Below are positions 1 through 12,729 of a stretch of DNA of 64,000 bases, in pieces (position 1 is the stretch's first letter; every line of letters begins with the position of its first letter). The notes beneath the pieces are model-generated. The model did no database searches. It saw only the letters and a program-made list of their open reading frames with translations, and was not told the DNA's origin. The position numbers and the translations under genes are program-made. The stretch is from Octopus vulgaris (taxonomy: Eukaryota), in contig OX597834.1 of NCBI GenBank assembly GCA_951406725.2, positions 9,362,001 to 9,426,000 on the forward strand, written 5' to 3'.

Positions 1-316
1 TCTCTCTATCTATCTCTATCTATCTATCTATCTTCCTCTTTTTCTTTCTCTCACTCTCTCTCTCTCTCTCTTGTGCGTGTGCAAGTGTGAAGTCTCAAGT
101 CTGGAAGTGGGTGCTTGCAACTGCAAGTATGTGTGTGTGTAAGGGAGAGTGAAAGAGAGAGAGAGAAGAGGAGGAGGAAGTGGAGAGGAGTATATATGTG
201 TGTTAGTTGTCTGCAGGTCACTCAGCCCCTTGTCTCTCTGCATTTCTCCATTTCTCTTTCACCTATTCACTCTCTACCTTCTCTCTCTCTCTCTGTTTGT
301 GTCTCTCTTTATCTCC

Positions 317-347
<31 letters not shown>

Positions 348-390
348 TCTCTCTCTCCATCACTATCTCTCTCTCCATCTCTCTCCTCTC
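1..390. repeat. (CT)n/(GA)n-rich low-complexity tract
   Basis: Runs of tctc, tatc and gaga are directly visible. Confidence 0.9.
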
Positions 391-654
391 TGGAGGAGCT
401 GCACTACCTGTGATGTTGGTCCTTTTTCAGGTGGGAAAGAGGGAGTAAGGACGGTAAGCTGAAACCAGAGAACTGGTCTGAAATTTTGCAACAAAATTAT
501 TTCTACTTAGGAAAAATATTTACCGAGTGCAGTTCACCGCCCTATACACACACACACACACACACACAGGTACACACACACGCACGGGTGCACACACACA
601 CACACACACACACACAAGCAGCGTGGTTTAGCAAGAGCAGTTGTAGCGATAATG

Positions 655-1117
655 GTTTCAAATTTGGGACAAAGTCAGCAATTACATCGACCCCAGTACT
701 CAACTGGTACTTAATTTATCGACCCCGAAAGGATGAAAGGTAATGCACTCAACTGGAACCTATTTTCTCGCCTAAAGCCACGAGGACCTGAAAATTGTGA
801 GGAGGGGACTGGTCGACACCAGTGCTCAACGGGTACTTAATTTATCGACCCTGAATGGATGAAAGGCAAAGTCGACCTCGGCAGAATTTGAACTCAGACC
901 GAGCAGACGGGCGAAATTCCGCTTAGCATTTATCTCTGCGCGTTAACGATTCTGATTATTATTTTTGAAATATAGATTTCAAATTTTGGCGCAAGGCCCG
1001 TATTGCGAAGGAGAGATCCAGTCGATTTTTATCCACCCAGCGTTCAACTGGTACTTATTTTCTCCATCGCGAAAGCCTGACAGGTAACGTCAACCGCAGC
1101 ATTAAATTAACTCAGAA
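655..1117 (-). mobile_element. Cluster of old, degenerate SINE B fragments
   Basis: Repeated atcgaccccagt..actggtacttaatttatcgaccccgaaaggatgaaaggcaaagtcgacctcggc, the reverse complement of the SINE B body. Confidence 0.75.
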
Positions 1118-1120
1118 CAG

Positions 1121-1495
1121 GGCGGCGAGCTGGTAGAATTGTTAACACACCAGGCCAAATGTTTAATGGTATTTCGTCTACCGCTAAGTTCTGAGTTCAA
1201 ATTCCGCCGAGGTGGACTTTGCCTTTCATCCTTTCGGGGTCGATAAATTAAGTACCAGTTACGCACTGGGGTCGATGTAATCCCTTTGTCTGTCCTTGTT
1301 TGTCCCCTCTTTGTTTAGCCCCTTGTGGGTAGTAAAGAAACAGGATTTCGTCTACCGCTATATTCTGAGTTCAAATTCTGCCGAGGTCGACTTTGTCTTT
1401 CCTCTTTTCGGGGTTGATAAAACAAGTACCAGTCGCGTACTAAGGTCGATTTAATTAACTGCTACCCTCCCCCAAATTCCAAGGCTTGTGCCTGG
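1121..1495 (+). mobile_element. SINE B dimer (young unit followed by old-tail unit)
   Basis: Head ggcggcgagctggtagaatt, B-box-like gagttcaaattcc, body gcctttcatcctttcggggtcgataaattaagtaccag. First unit ends agtaaagaaac, then the body restarts. Confidence 0.85.
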
Positions 1496-1731
1496 ATGAA
1501 ATACGGCTAAGCATTTTTCCCGGTGTACTAAAGATTCTGCCAACTTGCAGTAGTCGAGTAATACAGATATTGACCATAAATACTTAGCAAAATCCGAGTT
1601 CAAATACAGGTGCGAAATTATAGAAAAGCAACCGGTTATGTTTTAGTGTACGAATTTATAGAATTTTATGTACATCATATATATGTTTATATATGTGTGT
1701 GTGTGAATGCGTCTCTGTTGTACACACACAA

Positions 1732-1777
<46 letters not shown>

Positions 1778-1781
<4 letters not shown>

Positions 1782-2160
1782 GCAGGAGTGGCTGTGTGGT
1801 AAGTAGCTTGCTTACCAACCACGTGGTCCCGGTTCAGTCCCACTGCGTGGTACCTTGGGTAAGTGTCTTATACTATAGCCTTGGGCCGACCAAAGCCTTG
1901 TGAGTGGATTTGGTAGATGGAAACTGGAAGAAGCCCGTCGTATATGTATGTGTTTGCATATGTGTGTGTTTGTATGTCTGTGTTTGCATATGTGTGTGTT
2001 TGTATGTCTGTGTTTGTCTGCCCAACATCGCTTGACAACCGATGTTGGTGTGTTTACGTCTCTGTAACTTAGTGGTTCGATAGAATAGGTACTAGGCTTA
2101 CAACGTATAAATCCTGGGGTCGATTTTCTCCACAATCAAATGACTGAAACAAGTATAAGT
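1778..2160 (+). mobile_element. tRNA-derived SINE A with internal (TA/TG) microsatellite
   Basis: A box tggctgtgtgg, B box ggttcagtccc, then ccttgggtaagtgtctt; 3' end caaatgactgaaacaagt; matches many other copies in the window. Confidence 0.9.
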
Positions 2161-3073
2161 GTAACACCCGCCAGCATCCCGATCACCAGCTCTACAACAG
2201 TCATTAGAAGAGCCACCACCTCCATATATATATATATATATATATACAGAACTTTCCCTCCTTCACTGACACACACACACACACACTCGCACACACATAT
2301 ACTTTTATATACATCGTAATACACACACATACATATATGTATTTTTACGTGAGGATGCATCGACATATCCGTCTGTGTGTCCATACATACACACATTAAA
2401 AGTCATGCTGAACATAAGATGGCGACACACACGACCAGAAAAGAGATTTGTTTATAAACAAAAACACTTCCTGTGAAACATATATCCTGCCAAGGAACAC
2501 TTAATCTCAGAAAACTTTTTTCTATTATCTGGGAGTGCGAGCGTGTATGCCATAGTGTGTGTGTGTGTTTAAACAAAAGCTGGTCACTCAATACTTCTCC
2601 ATGGCGTATCGTATTTTATTTTTACAATCGAAAGGTTAACTGTTGCCTTTAAATTTCAACTTAGTCGCCAATGTCAGTCTGTCTCGTCTGAGAAAATCTG
2701 GAATAGACAATTCAGCAGAACATTCAAAGTAACTGTCAACCATTTTCCTTTAAAAATACCGTTTATTTGTATACATATGTGGATAAATATTTGTGTTTGT
2801 TTCGTGTGAAATAAAGGGTTTTGTTTCTTTCTCGTTTAAGTATGTAACTAGGCATGGCTCTTCAGTTAATCAGCTCGATTTACAACCACGTGGTTTCGGG
2901 ATCAGTTCCTCTGCGTGACACTTTGGGCAAGTGTCTTCGTCTATACCTAGGGGGCCAACCAATGACCTGAGAGGGAATTTGGTACATTTCTTGTTTGCCC
3001 CTTTATGGTGTTCGTTTTTAATCTTTTATTTGTATTGATTATAGATAGATAAATAGATAGATAGATAGATTGT

Positions 3074-3455
3074 AGGCGCAGGAGTGGCTGTGTGGTAAAC
3101 AGTTTGCTTACCAACTACATGGTTCCAGGTTCAGTCCCACTGCGTGGCACCTTGGGTAGAATGTCTTCTACTATAGCCTCGGGCCGACAAAAGTGGATTT
3201 GGTGGAAAAGAAGCCTGTCGTATATGTGTGTATGTGTGTATATATATATGTGTGTGTTGTGTGTCTGTGCTTGTTCCCCCAACATCGCTTAACAACCGAT
3301 GCTGGTGTGTTTACGTCCCCGTAACTTAGCGTTTCGGTAAGATACCGATAGAATAAGTACTAGGCTTACAAAGAATAAGTCCTGGGGTCGATTTGCTCGA
3401 CTAAAAGCGGTACTCCAGTATGGCCGCAGTCAAATGACTGAAACAAGTAAAAGAG
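3074..3455 (+). mobile_element. SINE A, near full length
   Basis: Runs aggcgcaggagtggctgtgtggtaa to tcaaatgactgaaacaagtaaaagag. Confidence 0.92.
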
Positions 3456-3780
3456 ATAGATAGACAGACAGACACCGAGAGAGAGAGAGAGAGAGAGATG
3501 ATTATAACCCATCCCCATCACTTTCGAATTTGTGCTGGTTTGCTTACATCCGTAACAAAGTGGGGTTGACTAAAGAGACCGATACGAGATGTAGGAAACT
3601 CAGGGACTAATTTGTTCCCTTGAAATCCTTCAAAACCATGCCCTAGGAATTAGCAATACAGCAGTCCAATGACTGGAGAAAGTAAGTGGTTATTGATTCG
3701 AGTACCTTAGGGAAGCAATGAGCAATTCTCATGTTGGTAAGGCATACGAGAATGGTGATGTAGTCTTTTATCCTTTTATT

Positions 3781-3969
3781 CTTTTACTTGTTTCAATCAT
3801 TTTGACTGTGGCCATGCTGGAGCACCGCTTTTAGTCGAACAAATCGACCTCGGGACTTATTCTTTGTTAGCCTAGTACTTATTCCATCGGTCTCTTTTGC
3901 CGAACCGCTGAGTTACGGGGACGTAAACACACCATTGGTTGTCAAGCGATGTTAGGGGGACAAACACAG

Positions 3970-4026
<57 letters not shown>

Positions 4027-4197
4027 CATATATACGACGGACTTCCTTCAGTTTCCGTCTATCAAATCCACTCACAAGGCTTTGATCGGCCCGAGGCTAT
4101 AGCAGATGACACTTGCCCAAGGTGCCACAGAGTGGAACTGAACCGGAACCATGTGGTTTGGTAAGCAAGCTAGTTACCACAGCCACTCCTACGCCTA
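3781..4197 (-). mobile_element. SINE A, full length, with internal (CA)n
   Basis: Reverse complement of the 3074-3455 copy. Confidence 0.92.
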
Positions 4198-4766
4198 TAT
4201 ATGAACTCACTCAGCAATGTACACGTACACACACAAACACACACATACAAACTTGCTCTTACGAACAAACACGCACACATACACACACACACTCACAAGA
4301 GCATATTTACACACATTCGCACCCACTAACAATATTAGAACAGTCGCCAACCACTCTCACCAGTCACCATCACCAGCTCCACAACGTTCTGTAGAACAGC
4401 CACCACCTCCGTTATCATCATCGTCATCGCAATAGACCCTCTACTCCTCCCGCCGTAAAAACCCTACCATTAATCGCACCTATAAATATACAATCTCCAA
4501 AAGTTATCCTTCATCACTAATAACACCTATACCTACCAGCCCCTAAATTCCTTCAAACACCGCAAGTCATTCTGTATACCCATAACCTCCTCCTTATAAC
4601 CCATAACACCAACCCCACAATCCTCTTACAATTCCCATTGGTACATCCACCAATTCCACCATCAGTCCTCAAAGAAGCCTTTATATGGCCAAACTAGCTG
4701 CCAAAAATAGCTGTCAAAATCCCTTTAAATCACACCATAACTATTGATAATGGGATACTGGATTGT

Positions 4767-5165
4767 CTCTTTTACTCTTTTACTTGTTTCAGTCATTTGA
4801 CTGTGGCCATTTAGGAGCACCGCCTTTAGTCGAGCAAATCGACCACAGGACTTATTCTTTGTAAGCCTAGTACTTATTCTAGCGTTCTCTTTTGCGAAAC
4901 CGCCAAGTTACGGAGACTTAAACACACCAGCATCGGTTGTCAAGCGATGTTGGGGGGAGGGAACACAGACGCCCAAACACATACACACATTCATACATAT
5001 ATGCGATGGGCTTCTTTCAGTTTCCTTCTACCAAATCCACTCACAATGCTTTAATCGGCCCGAGGTTATTGTAGAAGTCACTCGCCCAAAGTGCCACGCA
5101 GTGGGACTGAACCCAGAACCATGTGGTTCGTAAGCAAGCTACTTACCACACACCCACACTTACGT
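4767..5165 (-). mobile_element. SINE A, full length
   Basis: Same family, minus strand. Confidence 0.9.
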
Positions 5166-5858
5166 CTACACAGAAAAAGAAAGATGGAAAAAGCATGGGT
5201 GGAATGCATTTTTATCATATGCCCATTCAATGAGGCCTGATTTGATGCCATATAACAACGGCCATTTTCGAAATCATCGCTATAAAAACCCTTCCGTCAT
5301 CGCCACCAAATCAACACCACCATCCTCATTGTTATCACCACCGATATAATCACCCCCACACCAACATCACCGCCACCACCACCATTGAATCCACCCCATA
5401 ACGAATACCATCCCTGCTGTCATCATTTTCATCCTCACTGTCATCAACACTGCCACAACAAACAATAACAACTAGAACAACAACACACACACACACGCAT
5501 CACCGTCATCACCACCAACAATATCCCCACCACCTCCACCACATAGCATTGCAATCATCACTGCAGCAACCGCCACCATCACCACACCCATCTTTCATAT
5601 TTGACGCGAACGTTTGTTTCCCCCCTTTATAGCATCCACGGGAGAAATAGTTTACTAACAGTTGAGATATCGTTGTTATTCTTGTTGCTGTATTGATATC
5701 AGTAGTTAGCACGCCAGGCAAAGTTCATAGTAGCATTTCGTCCGTCTTCACATTGTAAATTGAAATTCCGCCGAGGTCGACTTTTCCGTTTATCCTTTTG
5801 GCTTAATCTGAAACTCCAGGCCTTGTGCTAAAATTTGAAACCATTATTATTATTATTA

Positions 5859-5913
<55 letters not shown>

Positions 5914-5917
<4 letters not shown>

Positions 5918-6127
5918 TTTCATTTTTATATCGTGCTTTCACTTCACTACCGAGCGCAGCTCTGTGTGCCCTTGGGTATGTGCTGTGATTTGTTGTGATG
6001 CTCTGATTGTTACTGTATGGAAAGTGTTCTGTGTAGGATGTGTGCAATGCCTAGCAGTGCAACTTTCTGTATGTTATATGTGTTTGTAAGTCCTGGTGTT
6101 TTTGTTACGCATTTGTCTGAATATTTT
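5914..6127 (-). mobile_element. 3' fragment of an R4/Dong-clade (RLE) non-LTR retrotransposon in a (TAA)n tract
   Basis: Minus-strand 6126-6010 translates KYSDKCVTKTPGLTNTYNIQKVALLGIAHILHRTLSIQ*, matching the QKxALLGTAHILRR C-terminal motif of R4/Dong ORFs; flanked by (TAA)n. Confidence 0.85.
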
Positions 6128-6148
6128 ATTATTATTATTATTATTATT

Positions 6149-6650
6149 GAGTGAGAGAGCCGTGCATGCCATCAAAGTGACACTGGGGTAAAATATACGA
6201 AGCCCACTATACCCATCATTACTACCCTTATGCATCTCAACCATATATGCGCGACATGGTGATCTCATATCAAGATAAACAGCGCATGACATTGCAAGAG
6301 GGGCCCAGTTAGAATTTTCTTCTGGTCGAGTAACCCATCCCGTTCAAAAGGTCCTTGAATAAGGGTTGTTTAAGGATGTTGAACGAACCACCCATGTTTC
6401 CAGAGGTGAATTATCCAAACCTCTTAGAATTCCTTTCAACACACAGCTATGATGCTCCCCCACTACTTCTGCTCATGATCAGAGATGCACATATCGTCAG
6501 CCACTAAAGGACATGCTCAACTGGTTAAGATCAAACAACAGACAAGCAAATCTGTGGTATTGAGCATAATATTTGCTGTAGCCCATCTTTAACACCAAGA
6601 CAAAACAATGTACATGATAACACTTCCAGTCAGTTAAGATCAGAAGCCAT
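6149..6650 (-). mobile_element. Probable non-LTR retrotransposon 3' UTR ending in (TAA)n
   Basis: On the minus strand it ends ...gcacggctctctcactc-aataataat; (TAA)n on both sides; second partial copy at 13839-14023. Confidence 0.65.
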
Positions 6651-6685
6651 ATTATTATTATTATTATTTTTATTATTATTATTAT

Positions 6686-7195
6686 TTACTTTTTTAATCT
6701 AAATGTTTGTTATAATCACTTGCCGAGAGACACCCAGTGTCCTCAGGCGAGTGCAGGATTAAGATATGTTACAGTATGACTGTTAGCGTGGGGAGAAAAA
6801 GTTGTATGAGCAGTAGCGAAATATCTTCATGTAAAACAACACAGACATTTAAATTGAGAGTTTTTTTTCTTTAAGGATGTGAGCAATACTTTGTCAGTAC
6901 AAACTTTTGGATTTCTCTGACACGTGGTTCTCTTTGGATATTATCTAGATGTTTCTGACAGCCCCTTCTTATCATAGCTAGGACACCCACTATAACAGGA
7001 ACACTTTGCGCTTTAAGATGCTATATCTTTTGTATTGCAATTTCCGGTTCCTTATACTTACTTAATTTGACAAATTCCTTTGCAGATATACTTTTATCAG
7101 TGGGAAAACTTACATTTATTAGCCTACAAGTATTTTCTTTCTGGTCTTTAATGAATATGTCTAGTCGTCGATTAGCCTAGATTGTTCTGTGGGTC
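6686..7195 (-). pseudogene. Degraded RLE endonuclease domain plus 3' UTR of a second R4/Dong-like element
   Basis: Minus strand reads roughly RTI*ANRRLDIFIKDQKENTCRLINVSFPTDKSISAKEFVKLSKYKEPEIAIQKI*HLKAQSVPVIVGVLAMIRRGCQKHLDNIQREPRVREIQKFVLT, a decayed NRPDI..D..KxxKY..VPVIVGALG PD-(D/E)xK nuclease with stops and a frameshift. Confidence 0.85.
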
Positions 7196-7215
7196 ATCAT
7201 TATTATTATTATTAA

Positions 7216-7430
7216 GGCGGTGAGCTGGCAGAACTGTTAGCACGCCTGGCGAAATGCTCAGCAATATTTCGTCTATCTTTACGTTCTGTGTTCAAATTCC
7301 GCAGAGGTCGACTATTGGCTTTCATCCTTTCAGTGACGATAAATTAAGTCCCAGTGAAACACTGGGGGTCGATGTAACCGACTGATCCTCATACCCAAAA
7401 TTTCTGCCCTTGTGGAAAAATTTGAAACCA
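7216..7430 (+). mobile_element. SINE B monomer, old-tail type
   Basis: Runs ggcggtgagctggcagaa to cccttgtggaaaaatttgaaacca. Confidence 0.85.
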
Positions 7431-7541
7431 TTATTATTATTAGTAGTAGTAGTAGTAGTAGTAGTAGTAGCAGTAGTAGTTGTAGGTAATACTTCATGCG
7501 TTGCATATAGAACAGCAAGAGTTGAAGCAATAACGCATTTG

Positions 7542-8552
7542 TCCATTCTTAATACGCTGTGGCAGATTCGAAACGGAATATCTCATTGCTGTTGTTTTTC
7601 TTCAGCGGAAAACACCTCCTCACGTTACATGTTGTGTGTTCATAATACACGCGATTCAGTTGCGTAAGAAAATTTGAGGAACTGCGGTGTTTCTCCCTCG
7701 TTACATGCCTCTTAAGTTATATCTACTCCGCCTCATTGATAAATCTGACAAGATAAATGACTCTTGTTTATGGGAACCCGCAAACAAATTATTTGCTGAC
7801 GCGTGCTGATGTCTACCAACCAGAAGATTATTCATGGAATGGATGGAAGCATTCCGTCGGTTACGACACGAGGGTTCCGGTTGATCCGAATCAACGGAAC
7901 AGCCTACTCGTGAAATTAACGTGTAAGTGGCTGAGCACTCCACAGACACGTGTACCCTTAACGTAGTTCTCAGGGATATTCAGCGTGACACAGAGAGTGA
8001 CAAGGCCGGCCCTTTGAAATACAGGTACAACAGAAACAGGAAGTAAGAGTGAGAGAAAGTTGTGGTGAAAGAGTACAACAGGGGTCGCCGCCACCCCCTG
8101 CCGAAGCCTCGTGAAGCTTTATGTGTTTTCGCTCAATAAGCACTCACAACGCCCGGTCTGGGAATAGAAACGGCGATCCTATGACCGCGAGTCCGCTGCC
8201 CTAACCACTGGGCCATTGCGCCTCCACATTCATGAATACCTGCAGACTAGCGACAGTCCAAACAATAACAGTTTGGCAGGTATCAAATACGTATCAGCAA
8301 ATAATTTGTTTGCTCATTGCTGTAAACAAGAGCTCGTGTTCTTCTTCGTTTCATTTTCTCGGTGGGGTAGCTTTGAATGAGGAGATATAAGAGATCGAAA
8401 AATTGCTGTATCTCTAAAACTCCTTCCACTTGCGAATGTTGGGTGTTATAGACAGACGTCATCTAAAGGGAAGATATGTTGTTAGAGAAGAAAGAAAAAC
8501 AATATTGATCAGATTTTTACGCTCGAATCTGCCGAAAAGTTTTAAGAATGGA
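7542..8552. mobile_element. Old fold-back MITE with long inverted arms, interrupted centrally by SINE C
   Basis: tccattcttaa..ggcagattcga (7542-7571) is inverted to tcgaatctgcc..ttaagaatgga (8523-8552); gcaaacaaattatttgctga (7780-7799) is the exact inverse of 8294-8313. Confidence 0.75.
7850..8227 (-). mobile_element. SINE C (tRNA-Arg-like head) with tail type i
   Basis: Minus-strand head ggaggcgcaatggcccagtggttagggcagcggactcgcggtc has an A box and TCG at the anticodon position; other copies at 11958, 48519 and 55640. Confidence 0.85.
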
Positions 8553-8593
8553 TACGCTGAGGAGTAGTACATGGTGTAATTAATATTCAGCAT

Positions 8594-8858
8594 GAAGGCA
8601 TGTGGCACTGTGGTCCGGACATTTCGTTCACTATCGTAAGGGCGTAATTTTCATTGCCAGCAGCGTATTGTTTAGGCAAGACAATTTATTTTCACGTTAC
8701 GCCAGTCTATTGAACTGACAAAAATAAATTATACTTGTATTTCAAATGGCCAGCCTTGTCACATTCTGTATCACGCGAAATCTCCATGAGAACGATCATA
8801 AGTGTACGCGCGTCTGTGGAGTGCTCAGCCACTTGCACATAAATTTCACGAGCAGACT
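8594..8858 (+). mobile_element. Degenerate SINE D (CORE-like body) with tail type i
   Basis: ggcaagacaatttattttcacgtt..ccagtc, then ccttgtcac..gtctgtggagtgctcagccacttgcac, which is shared with the 7850 copy. Confidence 0.65.
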
Positions 8859-9395
8859 TTTCTTATTTCTTTATTGCCCACAAGGGGCTAAACATAGAGG
8901 GGACAAACAAGGACAGACAAACTGCCTTCTCCATCATGATCATGAACGTCATCACCATCTTCGTTATCATCATCTGATTCTCCTCCTTCTTTTTCTTCTT
9001 CTTTATTCCCCACCCTCATCCCTATTTCGTTGTGTTCTATCTCTACGCTTTATACGTTTCTTCTTTGCCCGGCTAAAAATACATCTAAAACTACACATAC
9101 ACATATACACCCTCGACATAACATCCACCCACACAACAAGCATCCAAAGACAAACACACATACACAAACACACATACACAAACACACATACATACATACA
9201 TACATACACTACACATTCCTGTGTTCTTTCTTATATTGTCATTATTGTTTTTTTGCTTTCTTAACGATCATTTCTTTTCTCGTCTTAATTAAAATTCTTA
9301 ATTTTACAGCTTTTCTTAATTTCATCGACATTCTTTTCTTTCTTTTCCTTGCATCATTTTTCAAGACATACACACAAACACCCACACACCCACTC

Positions 9396-9430
<35 letters not shown>

Positions 9431-9859
9431 CACAAACACTTTATTTTTTATTCATTAACCCATCCAATCCTAAAGTCGCGTACTAATCATTTAAACTCAT
9501 TAATCACACATCCGAAAATCCATGGCTTCCTTTTATACATTATGTACACATCGAAATATTTATATTTTTAGGTTTTATATCTTAAGTGCTTTTCTTCATT
9601 TATCTTAAATTGTTTGTCTTTTGTTGTTGTTGTTGTTTTTTGTTTGTTTTTTTCGTTTGTTTCGTCCCTCATAAAATTAATGAAATTTCGCTTTGATTGT
9701 TTGTCGATGGCAGAGAATATTTAGTGACACGCTCCTATTTATCGTCCCTTCCTCCGCCCTACAACCACGATCCTCCACATCCACCCCTCATCATCAGCGT
9801 CATCACCACCATCACCACTAGTATCATCATCGTCGAAAATCTTAGCATCATAAGTAGCG

Positions 9860-9862
<3 letters not shown>

Positions 9863-9918
<56 letters not shown>

Positions 9919-9921
9919 ATG

Positions 9922-9952
<31 letters not shown>

Positions 9953-10452
9953 ATGCATGTATATATATATATATGTATATATGTATATGCATATATATAT
10001 ATATATGTATATGTATATATACATGTATATATATATGTATATATATGTATATGTATATATATGTATATATATATGTATATATATATGTATATATATATGT
10101 GTATATATATGTATATATATATGTATATATATATGTATATGTATATATGTATATGTATATATATATGTATATATATATATTATATGTATATATATGTATA
10201 TATATATATGTATATGTATATATATATGTATATATATATATGTATATATATGTGTATATATATATATGTATATATATGTGTATATATATATATATGTATA
10301 TATATGTGTATATATATATATGTATATATATGTGTATATATATGTATATGTATATATATGTGTATATATATATGTATATATATGTATATATGTATACATA
10401 TATATGTGTATATATATATGTATATATATGTATATATGTATACATATATATG

Positions 10453-10512
<60 letters not shown>

Positions 10513-10535
10513 CAGAGAGAGAGAGAGAGAGAGAT
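9863..10535. repeat. About 650 bp (TA)n/(TATG) compound microsatellite ending in (GA)n
   Basis: Directly visible. Confidence 0.97.
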
Positions 10536-11049
10536 AAAAACGTGTATAGCTACTTCTGTTGGTGTTGCTGCTGTAGCTTCAACCTATTCTACTACTACTA
10601 CCTACCACCACCAATACCACTACCAACGCCACTACTACATTCACCACCAACACTTCAGCATTGCATCATAGCCAATCTTTGTCCAACCTCTTCGTAGAAG
10701 CTTAATGGTCCACACACACACATACACATATATATGTCCGTATGTGTGTGTTTTTACACATACGTAAATACATATATGCATAGGTATATATATATATATA
10801 TATACATATATGTGTGTATGTATATATGCATGTATGTATGAATATATATATGATTTTTATATGTGTGTGCCTGCGTGTCTCTGTATGTGTACATATATCT
10901 TCCATGAATTTAGTGAAAAAGTTCCTAAGAACACATCATACAACAAATTAATTAGAACTCATTATGGGCCAAAAAAATGAAAAAAATAGTCCGAAATTTT
11001 AATTATAATCGCCATTATACTTTTGTATTTTCCCTAAAAGTTAAAAATT

Positions 11050-11955
11050 GGTTTCCAATTTTGGCACAAGGCCAGCAAGTTAGCCCCAGTGTTTAACTGG
11101 TGCTTTTTATTTTTTTTTCATCGATTCCTAAAGGAGGAAAGGTAAAATGAGCCTCGGCATAATTTGAACTCTGAACGTAAAGACTAACAAAATACATATT
11201 TCATTACTACCCACAAGGGGCTAAACACAGAGAGGACAAACAAGGACAGACAAACGGATTAAGTCGATTATATCGACCCCAGTGCGTAACTGGTACTTAT
11301 TTAATCGACCCCGAAAGGATGAAAGGCAAAGTCAACCTCAGCGGTATTTGAACTCAGAATGTAGCAGCAGACGAAATATCACTAAGCATTTCGCCCGGGG
11401 TGCTAACATTTCTGCCAGCTCGCCGCCGTGATAATAATGTTAACCCTTTCTACTAAATGTACAAGGCCTGAAATTTTGGTGGAGGGGACAAATCGATAGA
11501 AAACCCCACACCAGGGTAGCACTGGTATTTATGTCATTGACCTTCTGTTGACATATCCATTTAAAAGTTTGGCATAGGGCTAACAATTTCGTAGGAGATG
11601 TATATCGAGTACATTGACCCCCGTGCTAAGATTATACGTATTTTATCGACCCAGAAAGAATAGAAGGTAAAGTTGACCTCGGCGGAATTTGAACTCAGAA
11701 CGTAGAGACAAACGAAATGCTGCTAAGAATTTTGCTTGGCATGCTACTGATTCTGCCAGCATCCAGCCTTCCTTAAGCATTAAATGCTGAATTCAGGTTT
11801 TGGCACAAGGCCAGCAGTTTCGGAAAAGAGGTAACTGGTCTTTATTTTATCGATCCCGAACGGGTGAAAAGCAAAGTAGAGATCGAAGGATTTCAAGCTC
11901 AGAATACAAAAAAGGCGAAATACCGCTAAGAATTTTGTCCGGTATGGTAACGATT
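11050..11955 (-). mobile_element. Cluster of SINE B copies; a young copy (11198-11427) is fused upstream of an old-tail unit
   Basis: tatttcattactacccacaaggggctaaacac..ctgccagctcgccgcc, plus several decayed copies. Confidence 0.8.
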
Positions 11956-11957
11956 TG

Positions 11958-12250
11958 TAGTTAGGGCAGCGGACTTGCGGTCGGAGAATCGCGGGTTCGA
12001 TTCCCAGACAGAGCGTTGTGTGTGTTTATTGAGCGAAAACACCTAAAGCTCAACGAGGCTTCGGCAGCGGGTTGTGGTGACCCCTGTTGTACTCTTTCGC
12101 CCCAAATTTCTCTCCCTCTCCTTTCCTGTTTCTTGAGTAACGCTGCGATGGACTGGCGTCCCGCCCAGCCGGGAGGAACACATACGCCACAGAAACCGGG
12201 AAACCGGGCCCATGAGCCTAGCTAGGCTTGAAAAGGGCGCATAAATAAAT
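11958..12250 (+). mobile_element. SINE C with tail type ii
   Basis: gttagggcagcggacttgcggtc..gggttcgattccc (B box); tail gagtaacgctgcgatggactggcgtccc..aaagggcgcat(aaat)n. Confidence 0.85.
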
Positions 12251-12455
12251 AATCATTCGTTAATAAGTATATTTAAGAAAAGTACGTATGAAGTGATTTT
12301 TAAAAAGTTATTAATATTTCAAAAATATTAATGGGGCACGTCTCTCCCTGTACAAGCATTTGTGAGAAGCTGGTACGAACTTCCATTCATGTTACTTAAA
12401 GCATAAACCTTGACATTTATTCGTAGTTGCAATATGCAAGAACAAAAACCATATT

Positions 12456-12729
12456 TCGTTTTTGGATTTGGTTTGCAAGATTCTTTATATGAGTTCGTGT
12501 GTTGAAGCATATTCTGTCTGGGGAGAGTCATTCTCTTTTAGTACCTTATTGTTTAACACACTCACCGGTAAAATTTCCACTTACTTCGTCTTTTTATTTT
12601 CCTAAAATTTTGAAAAGTTTGCAAGACGTAACCAAAATTTTAGGAAAATAAAAAAACGAAATAAGTGGAAATTTTACCTGTGAGTGTTAAATAATACGGT
12701 ACTAAAAGTGAATGACTCTCCCCAGACAC
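12456..12729. mobile_element. Fold-back insertion with 15-bp TSD
   Basis: Inverted arms 12515-12612 and 12633-12728; TSD aacaaaaaccatatt at 12441-12455 and 12730-12744. Confidence 0.85.

Noticed and set aside
9697-10697. Long ORFs (324, 264, 216 aa) rich in Y/I/C/V/M, also at 26-28 kb, 42.6-43.3 kb and 44.9-45.5 kb
   Set aside because: They are translations of (TA)n/(CA)n microsatellites, open in several frames on both strands
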